From positions 19,316,150 to 19,380,149 of the forward strand of contig NC_134026.1 in the NCBI RefSeq assembly GCF_964204645.1: a DNA stretch of 64,000 nucleotides. The letters are read 5' to 3'. The notes below the pieces were generated by a model. It did no database searches and was not told the DNA's origin. It saw only the letters and a program-made list of their open reading frames with translations. Origin of the DNA: Tubulanus polymorphus (Eukaryota > Animalia > Nemertea). Shown here in pieces: positions 37,801 through 50,200 of the stretch (its first letter is position 1; the number at the start of each line of letters is the position of its first letter). Position numbers and translations under genes: made by a program.

Positions 37801-40191
37801 CCAAACCGCAGGGTTGAAAACTATGGTATGCCATAAATGAAAAAAATATGAGCGCTGAACCGACATATGTTTTTGGAACGTAATAGCGTCCCGACATAAG
37901 AATTTATATATCTGCAGTGACGCAATACTTTAACGCATTTGTGACGACGTAAGTTTTTGCGACGACGTAAGTTTTTTCGACAACGTAAGTTTTTGTGATG
38001 ACATAAGTTTTTTTGGTGACTAAGTAAGTTTTTGCGATGACGTAAGTTATTTCCGAAAATCACCACCAGGTGGCACTGCAGATGTTCTTCGAATTAAATT
38101 ACATTTTCTTCTCGGAATCTGTCCACCAGGTGCGAAGGCTGAGACTAACCGGAATATCTTCCATCTCCATGATTTATGCAGACGCGCCAAATACACATAC
38201 ACAGTCCGGATTTTTTGGTAATGTTTCATCGAAAATTGCGATTCAATTCTCTGTAGTGCCACCTGGTGGTGATTTCTGGAAATACCTTACGTAGTCACAA
38301 AACCTTACGTCGTCGCAAATACATTTAAGTATTACGTTGCTGTAGAAATATAAATTCTTATGCCGGGACACTATTAAGTTGCAAAAAACATATCTCGGTG
38401 CAGCGCTCATATTTTTTCATTTATCACGTTCCATAGAAAACTTCAGTCATACCACATAGCAGTGGAATTTTTGGATATACTGTCTTGCCAGCATTATATG
38501 GTGGAAAAGTTAAAAGAGCATAAGATACTGGCCCAGTGCACAGCCATGAACCATGATCACATATGGCCCGTGCCTAATAAGAGAGCATGGTCACACATAA
38601 ACCACTCACTCGATCCTAAAAACAATGTCGCGCCAAAGCGAAGTGAGTCACTGGAACCAGTCACAATTCATTAGCAATAATTTTGGCACCTGTGTGAACG
38701 GTAGCCTCGGGCCTAATCTAAATAATAATAATAATAATTTATTGAGCCTAAAATCCATATAAAATATGCTCATTGGCTTTACAATATAAAGACACAATTT
38801 AAACATAAAGATAGAAAAAACAATTTACATCATTAGTTAAAAGCTTTAGTGAACAAATGGGTTTTAAGTTGCGATTTAAAAACATCAGTAGAAGGACTAG
38901 ATTTAATTGCATCTGGTAAGGAGTTCCAAAGTAGTGGGGCGGAGTAAGAAAAGGCCCTGTGACCCGCAGAGACAAGATTGACACGAGGGATGACTAGAAG
39001 TGATTGACTGTCTGATCTTAACACTCTAGAGGATGCCTTGTATTGCACTAATGATTTCAAATATTGTGGGGCCTGACCATTCAAGGATTTATAAGTAAGG
39101 ATCAAGATTTTAAATTGGATGCGGTATTTGATTGGAAGCCAATGCAGATCGTGTAGAATCGGTGTTATGTGACAAAATTTTGAGTTTCGAGTCAGGATCC
39201 GGGCAGCAGAATTTTGAATACGTTGTAATTTATCTAAAATGTTGTCAGGGAGGCCAAAGAGTAAAGAGTTGCAATAGTCAAGGCGAGTTGTCACAAAAGC
39301 GTGAATAAGGCGTTCAGCAATTCCTTGATTCAAAAACTGCCTGATCTTACTAATGTTTCTAAGGTGATAGAAAGCTACAGAGCATAAGTGGTTTACATGT
39401 TTTACCATGGACATGTTCTGATCAAAAATGACGCCGAGATTACGTAAGGAGTGAGATGAAGTAATTACAGCATCATCAAGATTGAGATCAAATGTGCGAA
39501 GCTTAGTAAGCTGTGATGGAGAGCCAATAAGGGAGAACTCGGTTTTGTCACCGTTTGCCTGAAGAAAGTTTAAATCCATCCAATGTTTAAGTTCAGTATA
39601 GCAAAGTTGGAATGTATTTTTGGACACCAATTCGTTAACTTTTGGTTTTATCCTGATATACAACTGTGAATCATCTGCATAAAAATGAAAATCTTAATTG
39701 AATTTCCTTATGATATCACCAAAAGAACGTAAATGGTGTACAGCAGTGGACCTAAAACAGACCCCTGCGGTATACCAAATTTGAGTAAACGTGGTTCAGA
39801 CTTAGAGTCGCCTATACAAACAGTTTGATAGCGATCAGTAAGGTAAGATTCTAACCATTGGTAGCAAGTACCTGACAGACCGATTCGGTGTTTAACACGA
39901 GCGCAGCACCTAGCATCTAGCACAGGCCAGTTACGTTCGTGTGATGGCAGCTATAATCAGAACTGCTCCATTCCGTATAGGCCTATAAAACCAAAGTAAA
40001 CTACACAACAGTAGTCTACTGGCCTTTGAATCTAGGTCCTGACTGCGCAATTACTTGAAATATAGGCCTAAATTGCATTGAGAGACAAAACAGCTAGGCC
40101 TTCAAAAAGAAGATCAATTTTATTTCTAAATTATATATTGTTCATAAATAACTACCTTTGGTTTATATAGCCATTTGCGTAGCGAAAGCAT
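28840..40191 (-). CDS. ZFYVE28: Lateral signaling target protein 2 homolog (FYVE domain), 11 coding exons
   Basis: Exons 40191-40156, 36708-36430, 35832-35683, 35253-35201, 33849-33670, 33087-32986, 32362-31415, 31062-30902, 30003-29821, 29621-29518, 28971-28840. Motifs [70 protein letters not shown], and [30 protein letters not shown]. Confidence 0.95.
30420..30863 (+). mobile_element. 3' fragment of a CR1-type LINE
   Basis: [46 protein letters not shown] is a typical CR1 ORF2 C-terminus; (AAGTC)n tail. Confidence 0.8.
32651..32890 (+). mobile_element. tRNA-derived CORE-like SINE (partial)
   Basis: A/B-box-like head and GTGTCCCTGGGCAAGACACTTAACCTCATTGCCTCTCT core; second copy at 45589-45905. 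Confidence 0.75.
33913..34163. mobile_element. hAT-like MITE
   Basis: CAGGGGCGGATCTAG ... TAATCTGCCCCTG; no clean TSD. Confidence 0.55.
36649..37443. repeat. Recent ~371-bp tandem duplication including the acceptor and first 60 nt of ZFYVE28 coding exon 2
   Basis: 36649-37019 and 37020-37443 are nearly identical apart from a ~50-bp indel and a few SNPs. Confidence 0.9.
37821..38436. mobile_element. MITE with long TIRs, internal 18-bp tandem repeats and inverted CTCF-like motifs
   Basis: CTATGG..ATAAATGAAAAAAATATGAGCGCTG / CAGCGCTCATATTTTTTCATTTAT..CCATAG; (GACGACGTAAGTTTTTGC)-like x~6 at 37940-38048. Confidence 0.85.
38720..39898 (-). mobile_element. 5'-truncated, frameshifted L2-type LINE (RT C-terminus)
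   Basis: [68 protein letters not shown]; (TTA)n tail at 38721-38737. Confidence 0.9.
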
Positions 40192-40915
40192 GGTGGTTCC
40201 AATTGCCTCAGATCATACCATCAAACATTACATTCAACATCGTAGTTCAAATTTTGAACGTTTGATGTCAACCGCCAGATGCAACAATGTTACCTGGTAA
40301 TTTTGCTGCCAATTCTACAAATTAATCAAAATAAATTAACACTTTACTTAGTCTCCAATGCTGCTTTAATGATTATTGATGATTTTGCTTCACACTCCTT
40401 AAAAGGTGTTGACGTTGTCATCACAAAATGGCAGTTTTACTTGTTCAATTTAAATTCAGAAGTGAGCTTACTAACATTGCCTTATGATCATCATAAAATT
40501 GTACCCTTTCCTGTTAACAGCTTAAATGTCATAGTCATCGACTTTTGAGAAATAGTATCTATGTACAGGCAAGATTTCTGAAATGAAGCAGGCTAAGGCC
40601 TTTCTTTAAATTACTTGGGAGTAAGATCCACTGCCTCGAATTCCACCCAAATGTCATACCAAATATTTCTTTTCAACTTTGTCATGATTTCACTGCATGT
40701 CCAACTTTTGATGTTATTATTTTAGCAAGAAGTCAGTTTTCTATTCTTCTTCGATCATTTCGATTCAATGGTAATTTGACTTTATAAACCTAAATAGATT
40801 CTGAAGATTCAATCCATTCAGCCTTAAAAACTTTCAGTTCCAACCGAAAATTCAAAACTGATCTTTAGCGCTGACCTGCGTCACAGGGGCTCGTATCAGA
40901 GTTGTAGGTAGTGTA

Positions 40916-42178
40916 ACTAGGGGTCCAGGGACACCATGCCCACTTGGGAAGTGGTTTCAAATGCTCAACAATCTAACAATTTCAATACATAACGCCCCCT
41001 AGTGACCATATACAAAAACCAATGACCTTGAAACCCACCAAAATCATAGAATATGTCAGCAGCTATGATTTTGTAATTGATTGTGATAACAAAATATGCC
41101 TCGTTACCAATTTAATATGGAAATACTAAGTTATTCTACTATTCAACGCCCCCTGGTGACCATATGCAAAACCCAATGACCTTAAAACTCACCACAATCG
41201 TAGTACATGTCATGAAATACAACTTTGCAATTGATCATGGTAACAAAATATGCCTAGGTACCAATCTAATAAGGAAATACTAAGTTATTCTACTATTCAA
41301 CGCCCCCTGGTGATCATATAGAATAACTAATGTCCTTAAAACTCACCAAAATCATGGAAGATGTCATGAGCTACAACTTTGCAATTGATAGAAGTAACAA
41401 AATATGCATAGGTACAAATATAATATAGAAATACTAAGTTATTGTATTATTCCTCGCCCCTGGTGGCCACATACAAAAACCAATGACCTTGAAACTCACC
41501 AAAATCATAGAACACGTGATGGGCTACAACTTTCCCATTGATTATAGTAACACAATATGCTTAGGTATCAATTTAATGTGGAAAAACTTTTCCCCACCTA
41601 CGAATGAGTACTGATGACACCAATATGGCTGCCAATTGCGTCATAATTGGCTGATCAAAAATACCTGTCTCAGGTATAAAACATCCCTTTCCAAGGAATA
41701 TCCATCACAAATTGCAATGACAGATGACAAACCAGTAGGAAGCTACAGGACCTAGAATTCTGGCCAAAATTGACATTTTTGGGCACTAAAAAGGTCATAG
41801 GACGGCCATCTTGAGTCAGATCGACCCAATTTTTCTTATGCTGATGGGCCCTTGGTAGATTCAAATAGGCCTATAAACCAAAGATCAAGGTAATTGATCA
41901 AAGCGCCTTCAAAATTTCCCTCTAAAACTTCGAAAATGTGTAATAAGTGCTGATTTTGGCGAACAACAATGGCTGCCAGCCGGCCATCTTGAATCTGACA
42001 GGGCCAGTTTTTGGGCTGAAGATGTGTCTAGGGTAGATACATGTATAAACCAAATATCAAGACATTACCTTGAAGCGTCTTCAAAACTTCCCAAAATAAC
42101 TGGATTCTGTCTACGGACGGACGACGGACCAAAAGTGAACGCAATAGCCCGCTGGGACTAAAGTCCCAAGTGGGCTAA
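40916..42178 (-). mobile_element. Non-autonomous Helentron (HINE/DINE-1-like) with central satellite array
   Basis: The - strand begins with the TTTTAGCCCACTTGGGAC..GTCCCAGCGGGCTA hairpin and a (GTCC)n microsatellite. It ends with subTIR GTGGGC, a small hairpin and CTAGTT. Inserted in an A/T run. Confidence 0.85.
40991..41585. repeat. 154-bp tandem repeat, ~3.9 units
   Basis: Unit starts at 40991, 41145, 41299 and 41453, each with a CGCCCC(C)TRGTG motif. Confidence 0.92.
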
Positions 42179-43091
42179 AAACGATGATCTGTTAATCCGG
42201 TGTCTATGATATTATATACATTATGACACTGGATTATCATCAGATTATCGTTTTTACACTACCGACAAGTCTGATACGAGCCCCTGTGACCTAACTACCA
42301 CCAACCATCTTTGTTTTTGTCTGACTTCTAGCAAACAATGACATTAAGATGGGCATATTTTTATAAGAGATTTTTTTTTAAATTTGATTCAGTTTTTTGT
42401 GATTTAACTATGGAGTGCGCAGGCTCGGATTCAGACTCCCACAGGAGCATTTGCGAAGGGGAGAAACTTCCTTCAAATCTCTAGAAGACAAGAATCCACG
42501 TGTTGTCTAATAGAGCATTAGAAAAGGGAGCGTTCAAATAGTACGCTCTCAGTCAATTTGGTCGGTTTTTAGACCCATCTCCATCGTACGAATTTGGTAG
42601 GCCTACTTATCTTATTGACCCCCTATCTTATTGATCCGTATGTACATAACGGTTTTTACATGCAAATGTCAAAATCTAGGACAACTGTCAATGACACGAG
42701 AGTGTCAAGTGTCAACAACGACAACGTCAACAACACTAAAAAACAATCAATCCACTAAAAAATTTCATTTAGACATTAGATTAGTTAGTCTTAGCTTAAG
42801 CCCATGGAACTTGAAAGAAAAACAAACATTGCCATGCCATGGAAATCCGGGAATTACGGCGGTATAATTAAACTTATCGTCGGTATTTACCACTGATCCA
42901 CGGGTTTTAGCTGTATTTTTTTTCATGTGTTTGATTGTGATCGAGCGTTTATTCCAATAATAATGCGGAAGTGATTTAATTGGTTGACTCTAAATGGCGG
43001 ACAATAACCGAGCCCGGTCCGAGTCCAGAACCGACATCGAAATGGGATGCACAAACGTCGAAAAATGAATGAAAACAAAGGAAAACCTTAC

Positions 43092-43453
43092 TTAGATTAC
43101 GATTTTGGTTTTATTATCATTTATGGTAATCAACGAAAGATTCGGAATTCATTTCACTAGATGAATCCGGAAAGCCGGATTGCGATCCCTATTTGAGTCC
43201 AGCGTCCGACATTTAATACTGCGTCTCTCTGTTTCTGTTTCCGGGTGCTAATATTGAACAAAAACGAAAAAAATGCCCTGAATCATGGTTTTGGGTATGG
43301 ATAGGGCACAAAATGCCATCTGAAGACACGTAGAAAGAAGCAGATTTACAAATTATTGTCCAAAGCATCATAAGAACCGCTTTTTAAAACAGTGAAGCAA
43401 TAATTCGTGTAAAAAAATAAAAACCAAAGGTGTTTGTATTTTGTAAAAAAAAG
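43092..43453. promoter_or_regulatory. Probable bidirectional promoter / non-coding first exons of ZFYVE28 (-) and BRE1 (+)
   Basis: Outward-facing donors GTAAGG (- strand, 43091-43086) and GTAAGA (+, 43454); ETS-like TTCCGG at 43239; BRE1 acceptor at 44232. Confidence 0.55.
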
Positions 43454-43560
43454 GTAAGAAAGAGTCGGTCCCACCACATCTACACTCAATGACAATTAAT
43501 AGTCCACCAAATCACTCTTCTCACTTCACTAAACTGAAACTTATGGACTCTTAAAATGAT

Positions 43561-44063
43561 GGCAGGTGATATTTTGCCAATGCGGCATTATTCCTGTTAC
43601 TTATCGCTATTTTGCCAACCCAATGGCGCGTTCTGATTGGCTTATTGACGCCACGCAAGCACACCGAGGTGCGCGACTTAGAAAATGTGAGGAAAGTGTG
43701 GAGAACAGAGTTAGAGATAATAGGAGCATAGAGCAGGATTCAAACCTGGACCAGCATATTGCTAGCCTAACATCTTTCCACTAGATAAAACCATCAAGCT
43801 CACTGAAAACCAGTTGTATATTTTCACTAGGCCTACATATAGCCTCACCTTACCCTACCTATCCCTAGGGGTAAAAAACGGTCCCTTAACCTCACTCTAA
43901 CTCTTATCCTAACCCTCTAGACCCTAACCCTATTGGAACCCTAACCCTAAACCAAGAATATATAATGATTTTATTGTTATATTTTATTAGTTTATCTTAC
44001 ATATAGCCACTGGCAAAATAGCGTCTACTAAAATAACGCCGCATTGGCAAAATATCCACTTCC
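43561..44063. mobile_element. MITE with ~30-bp TIRs, 8-9-bp TSD and CCCTAA repeats
   Basis: GGCAGGTGATATTTTGCCAATGCGGC / GCCGCATTGGCAAAATATCCACTTCC; flanks TAAAATGAT / GAAAATGAT; CCCTAA units at ~43908-43950. Confidence 0.8.
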
Positions 44064-44258
44064 GAAAATGATATGAGTAAATTCAGGTCTAACTGCAGTT
44101 TAGGTCACCTTTCCACTGTGTGTGTGTGAAGCTAGTGTTTTTAAAGAATAATGTTACGGTTAGAGTAGGTACATAACTCTGTTATCTTTATCTCAAATTC
44201 AATGATATTTCGTAATAATTTCTGGCATGCAGGTTAACTTCTACACGAGAAGGGCAGT

Positions 44259-47200
44259 ATGGCGACGAAAAGAACTCACAGTGATGCCACTGGTTCATCG
44301 GAATCATCATCTGATCATCCTCCCGTCAAGAAAGCTGCCAAATACTTAGATGAATTTAAGATCGGACCTGTGTCTACGATGGTATGTATTGTAATACAGG
44401 GTGACTTAAATAGACAAATTTTGGTTTGAATGAAATGGTTAATTTTCTTACTGTTTCACTGATAGAGTATGTTGGTTTATCAAAGTAGAAAAGCTTCAAA
44501 ACATTCTAGCAGTGTATATCCATTTGTCTAACATGTGTCTAAAACTGAAAAGGCAACTATGTCTTAGTTTTATGGGCAATCAATCTCTTAGAACATCTAT
44601 CTAGAATCTATTTTAACGTATTTTGAATTTCTGATAGGCCCCTGTTCATTTGGGTATTCCACAGTTTATATTGATGAAGATGAACTTGTGTAGGGGCCAA
44701 TTTATGTGCGAGACGGTTCAAAACTTTTGTCTATCAGCCTTCTTTAAACGCTCTAAAGGCCTATCCAGCGCTTAGTGAGGGATATTGACCAGAAATGTTG
44801 AGTACAAGATCCTCCGATTATTTGCGCAAAATACTTTTTCCGATGCTTAGATGCTTAGACTTTGCAAGGTCTCTATAGTTTTGAATTTTTTGAAATAGCT
44901 TTCGGCGATATGTCAATATTTCGAATTCAAGTCGGCCGACCATGTACCATACCCCTAGCAGTTTTTGTATTAGACCTAATGCAAAATGGACTGAATCGGT
45001 AAGTAAACAGCTCACCTGGCTTGAAAGCTAAAAATGACTGCCTTTTCTCACACAGGAAGAAATGGACATGAAAGTTTTGGCGTTTCAAAACAAGAAACTG
45101 TGCGAGCGTTTGGAGCAGCGCCGTAAGGCGGAGGCAGAACTGAGGCAACGCATTGAACAGCTAGAAAAACGCCAGGCAACTGATGATGCTGTGCTGTGTA
45201 TTGTAAATCGATACTGGAATCAGGTAATGGAGGTTGAATGAATATGATTGATGAAATGATAATTTTCTCATTCCTTATGCACAAATTTAAGTTTCTTCAT
45301 CTTTCATCATGGTAATTGTAAAACACACTGCGTATATATGACATTTTCATTGACTTTCGTTGTCATTAAAGCTGAGATATTTTTTGTTTTAGCTGGATGA
45401 AGACATAAGAATACTATTGCACAGATTTGATGCAGAGACGGTTGGTGATGACACTAATGGAACCACTATACTGAGTAAGTTACGATATACGGTGCATGTA
45501 TGTACAATGTACCATTGAGACCTTGCCTGACACTGGTGTTTGCTGGTGTGATGTGCCTCGACCCCTAGTTTATATAATGATAATAATTGAGCGAGCGGTG
45601 TGGGCGAGTTGTTAGAGCGTTTGACTCTGGGAAGCCGGGTCGCAGGTTTGATTCCTGTACATTACCGTAGTTTCCTTGGGTAAGACACTTATCCTCATTG
45701 CCTCTCTCCACCTAGGAGTAAATGATTACCTGGCCTGATAGATGACTCCCAAGTGCTTAGTAGCTGCTCGGATGTTACTTCTCCCAGGCAGAGATGACTG
45801 ATACATGGAATAAAGTTATAGGCTTGGGTAATGATACCAAATTTGGAGCGCATTTGAACTCACTCTGGTTAGGATACCTGCGCTATATAAATGTCAATTA
45901 TTATATGATATTTTTCATAGAATTTTCCCCAAATTAGTATGGTCTGCTCCTGATTTTTACGATCTTTGAATGCATTAGAGTGACATAGATGGGAAGTGAT
46001 TTTTTAGGTCAGATTCCATCCGTCCGATATTCGATCATGATATTTTAGGGTAAAAATCTCAGGCTAGAAAATCCGGCTTATTGTCCGGAAAATATCGTGT
46101 GTACATTATCAATATTCATCGCTGTTGTTGTATTAAATTAATATAGATTATTATGAATTTTATGTTTTGCTTTTATTTCGACAGATGTCACGCAGGCAAC
46201 CACGTCTTTTTTGGCTCAGCTGTCATCGTGGGATAAACAGGAAATTGAAGATAAACTTCATCAACGAGTCGAATTTTCAAAGCGATCCGTCGGAAAACTC
46301 ATACAGGCTTACGATAGGTACAAATCTTCTGATAACTACCGGGGCTTCGAGATGCAATCTGAATCAATTTCGGGCACCAAGCCCTTCTCTGTATTTTACG
46401 AAATATGACATTTAGACATGTCAAAGAAAAATCTTAGTAGCAGATATAAACAAAGGTTGACTGACCATATTACTGTCAAGACTAATGCCTTCTCGTTGAG
46501 TAATAGGCGTAGTTCTGCGACAGGTGGGCGAAGCGCTCGTCCTCTATTCAAGCGGATAGAATTTCCTGGCATGGCGTCGTTTGTTGATGATCGAAGTTGT
46601 TGTTCGTCGTTATTTTGTAGATTGTTGCAACGGAACGAGAAGTTGCGCCGCGTCGTACTCGGCGACGACAACAAAAAACAAGACGAGGCAAGCGGCGGCG
46701 ATGAGGACAAGGAAGGTGAGCATGAAAATGAGAAGAACGGTGAAGCCAATGACAACGTCGCCGAAGGTAGGCTCCAATCGGTTTATATCGTACACACCAA
46801 GTTCCCGGTAGTAGCTGGAGCACGAGGTTTCAAGTTTGCAACATACAAGTACGCGCGCGCGCACGCACACACGTCGACATCATCCGCGTTTAGACTTACT
46901 ATTAAACATTAGTTTCATTCGTTCGTCACCGATTTCGGTCGACGTGCACATTGCATTTCTTTTCGTACTGTCCAGAGATGATAGAAAACACTTCTTCGGT
47001 AGTTTTCGTTTTTTTTAATTTAGTGAAGTCGTTTCGTACGGCTTCGACGATACGTGCATTTACGAAGCCACGTTTCGTGTTTGTTCAAACTTATGATCTC
47101 ATTTTCGTTTGTGACCTTCCTATCCTCTTTCCTGGTGGATGCTGAATTTCCTCAATGTCTCTTATTTTTAAGTGTCATTCGTTCTCATTCCTATTCGATA

Positions 47201-50200
47201 TGCAGTTGGACTGTTTTAGCGTATTTCAAATGTCAGCTTATGCTGCTTGCATATCAACAACATAGCCTTTGATAAAATGAGATGTTGATGAAATATGGAA
47301 ATTTTGTGATTATGTAAAAGACGCCGTCAGTGATCTAAGTATTATACAATCATTTTGCACATACTCAACAAGGGTTCATGGCCCAATATTGAATTTGTTC
47401 TAACTCTTCAAAAATTCAATTTTTATGATTCATGAAAGATATTCGCAGTCCTTTGGTTAAAAAGAAGTTATATCAATCTGCAAACTTTGGTAGCCATATT
47501 TCCACGAAATGGTTGACATGAAAATTAAAGTACAGTACACTGACTCCTCTTTACTCAAATCTTTTCAGGTCAAATTATAGTTTAGCTGGGAACACAAAAT
47601 TTAGAACTATGATGGATCTTTGCAAATAACAATGATGCATATATAGCCGCTCAGAGAGTTTTATAAATTTATTTCAACAATTGTTAATTACCCTAGCCTA
47701 TTTTTCTTGATACTGAACTCAGTAACATGAATATTCAGGTGGGTAGGTAGAACAGTATGCATAACTCAAACTATAATCGCTTACGCTCGATGAATTTGAG
47801 TTAGGAGGAGTCTAGTACTGTATTCATTATTCTTTAACCTCAAACACCAAGCGGCATTATGATATTCGTTGATTATTATTGTTTCGTCACTTGATTCCAT
47901 TGATGATCATAGTGTATGCACCGGGTAAGTAAGTACATGCATATGAAGCAAGAATCAAATGATATGTAAGTTTCATTCTTTAACTTCTTCTTTCGCTGAT
48001 TATTCCGACACCCTGTTAACACACTAGATATCATTTCCTACACGTTCAGTTCTGTATTTCATTATTCGTTGAATACGTATGAGTTTGTTTCGTTTCGTTA
48101 TACGTATCATAATTTGTTAAAATGTTATGACAAAACTAGCAATCATCAAGTCGTCAAGAGCTCAAAATTGGCCACTGAGAAACCAAGAAGGGCGCACTAG
48201 TATTTATGTCGAAAACGTAAGGTCGGATTTTCTGAATTCATAAATTTCTAACAAGCCAGAATTCAGAAAAAATGTTGGACGACACTTTTTTGCGGGTAAA
48301 AAAAAGAAGAAAAATCTCTGAAATTTGTATGTGAAGTAAACACTGACAATGATAATCTTCAAATGCTTGTTCGATATGAATGACTTGTGTTCGACCTTTT
48401 TGCACGCTCATCTTATTCTAGTGGTGACCGACATTGTATAACCCAATATAATTCAGGTGAAGAAAAGGAGGACCATGAGAAGGAAGTGAGCGATGAAACG
48501 CCGGAAGAAATGAAAGATAATGAGAACGAATTGCATTTACAGTTACCCGATCTAATGAAGGTCGAACTGCGAGAACTTCAACAAGAGAACACGCGCTTGA
48601 ACGACTTGGTCACTGATTTGCACAAAAGTCACCACGAGGCATCGTTAAAGGTTCGTAGTAATATACTTATTTGTTTTATATGCCTTTAGATATGGTCCTG
48701 GAGGTGGTTATATCCATAATTATCCTTGTGCTCTACGGTCCTAGTCAACCCAACTAAAATTGGTAAATCAGACACTAAGGTTCTTGGTGAGGGATATTGC
48801 TGCTTCAAGAATGACTGTTAACAGTATCTATCGTGATTATCTCACCCCAGGAGGGAGTGGCATTCTTTGTGCAGTGTACATAGTGCACTTGTCTCTGTCA
48901 TTAGTACTCAGCACACTTTGAATTACATATAAATTTTAGTCCACTTGGCACCTTAGTCCCTTTGGACTATTGCATTAACTTTTCATCCATTGTCCGTCCA
49001 TTTCTTGAAAGTGGGATGGTGTAATGTGCTAGGTCCACTGATAACACCTTATGGATACTAAGATATTTGGAGATGAAATTAATGCGCAAATTTCTTATGA
49101 TGATAATAGTAATGATATCTATTTCATCATCGTTTAAAAGGAATGCAAATTTCCAAAGGAATACAATGAATGTACAGAATTAGTAGATTGATGATAGGGG
49201 CCTGAACAGAGCCATAAAGGCTGTACAATCACTACGGTGTTCAGACCCCTTGAAAAAAAGTTTAATCATAAGTAGTAATAATGTCTTTATGCGCGGTAAA
49301 GATATGTGGTCCGGGTTTTGTATTGTTACCACTCTCAGTGTAACATTCAAAAAATTTGAGGATCGCCATTAAAAATCTACATGGTGCATAAATCATGTTT
49401 ATCAAGCAAGAACTGCAGAGCTGATTGATATTCAATCCAGACTTTTGTTCAAGAAATAAACAGCAAAAATGACACAACGATGGGGACCTCGAGGAACTGC
49501 CGCAAAGTGCCGCACCTAGAAACTGGAAACTTATTCATTAACCCATTAGCACTCTGGAATTTCACAATGTAGTGTCAATCACTCGAAAATGCAAGGGAAA
49601 ATCCCAATTTATCAGTAAAGAATGGCTCATTCCCAGTTTATTTTCATGTATTACAAGTTGGTGTTAGTCTGTAGTAAAAAGTCAAGGCTTTCATATGATA
49701 TAACATTTGATGCGGTGGGCCACCAAAATCTTTTGCCCCCCCCTAATCATCCAGGCTTACTTGGATTTAAGTGAGCACTCAGATCTGTCATGTTCATACT
49801 AAGCTATTGGGTTTGAATCCCACTATAACTGTTTTTGAGTAGCAGTCGAAAAAAGTGTCAGGGCGGATTCGGGTGGCTTTCTAATTATATTTCATCCAAA
49901 AATAACTATGGTATATGACATAAATGTAATTTGATAAACCATGATATACATTTGTTGTAAATCAGTGAAACTTTCGGTACGGTAATTTTACTCAAAGCGT
50001 CCTGCATCACAGTTCCCTTGCTTAGTTACACAAACCACAGAACGGTAGGGCAGGGGTGTTTCTTCTATTCGTCATACCAATAGTGACTGTGCTCGAATCT
50101 AGGACACCCCTTTCCATCCTCTATGCACCAGGACCACTCAGAATCAGTATCAGCAATAACTGGTTTCGAATCCGGAACACCCCTGGTCCGTCCTCTATGT

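Larger units (their letters stand above)
40884..42286. mobile_element. CAGGGGCTCGTATCAGA MITE interrupted by a nested Helentron-type element
   Basis: TIRs at 40884 and 42286. Removing 40916-42178 restores GTAGTGTAAAAACGATGATCTG, the complement of the right arm. Confidence 0.8.

Noticed and set aside
37821-38066. ORF with RRKNL repeats / CRISPR-like periodicity
   Set aside because: 18-bp tandem repeat inside a MITE, with no unique spacers and a eukaryotic context.
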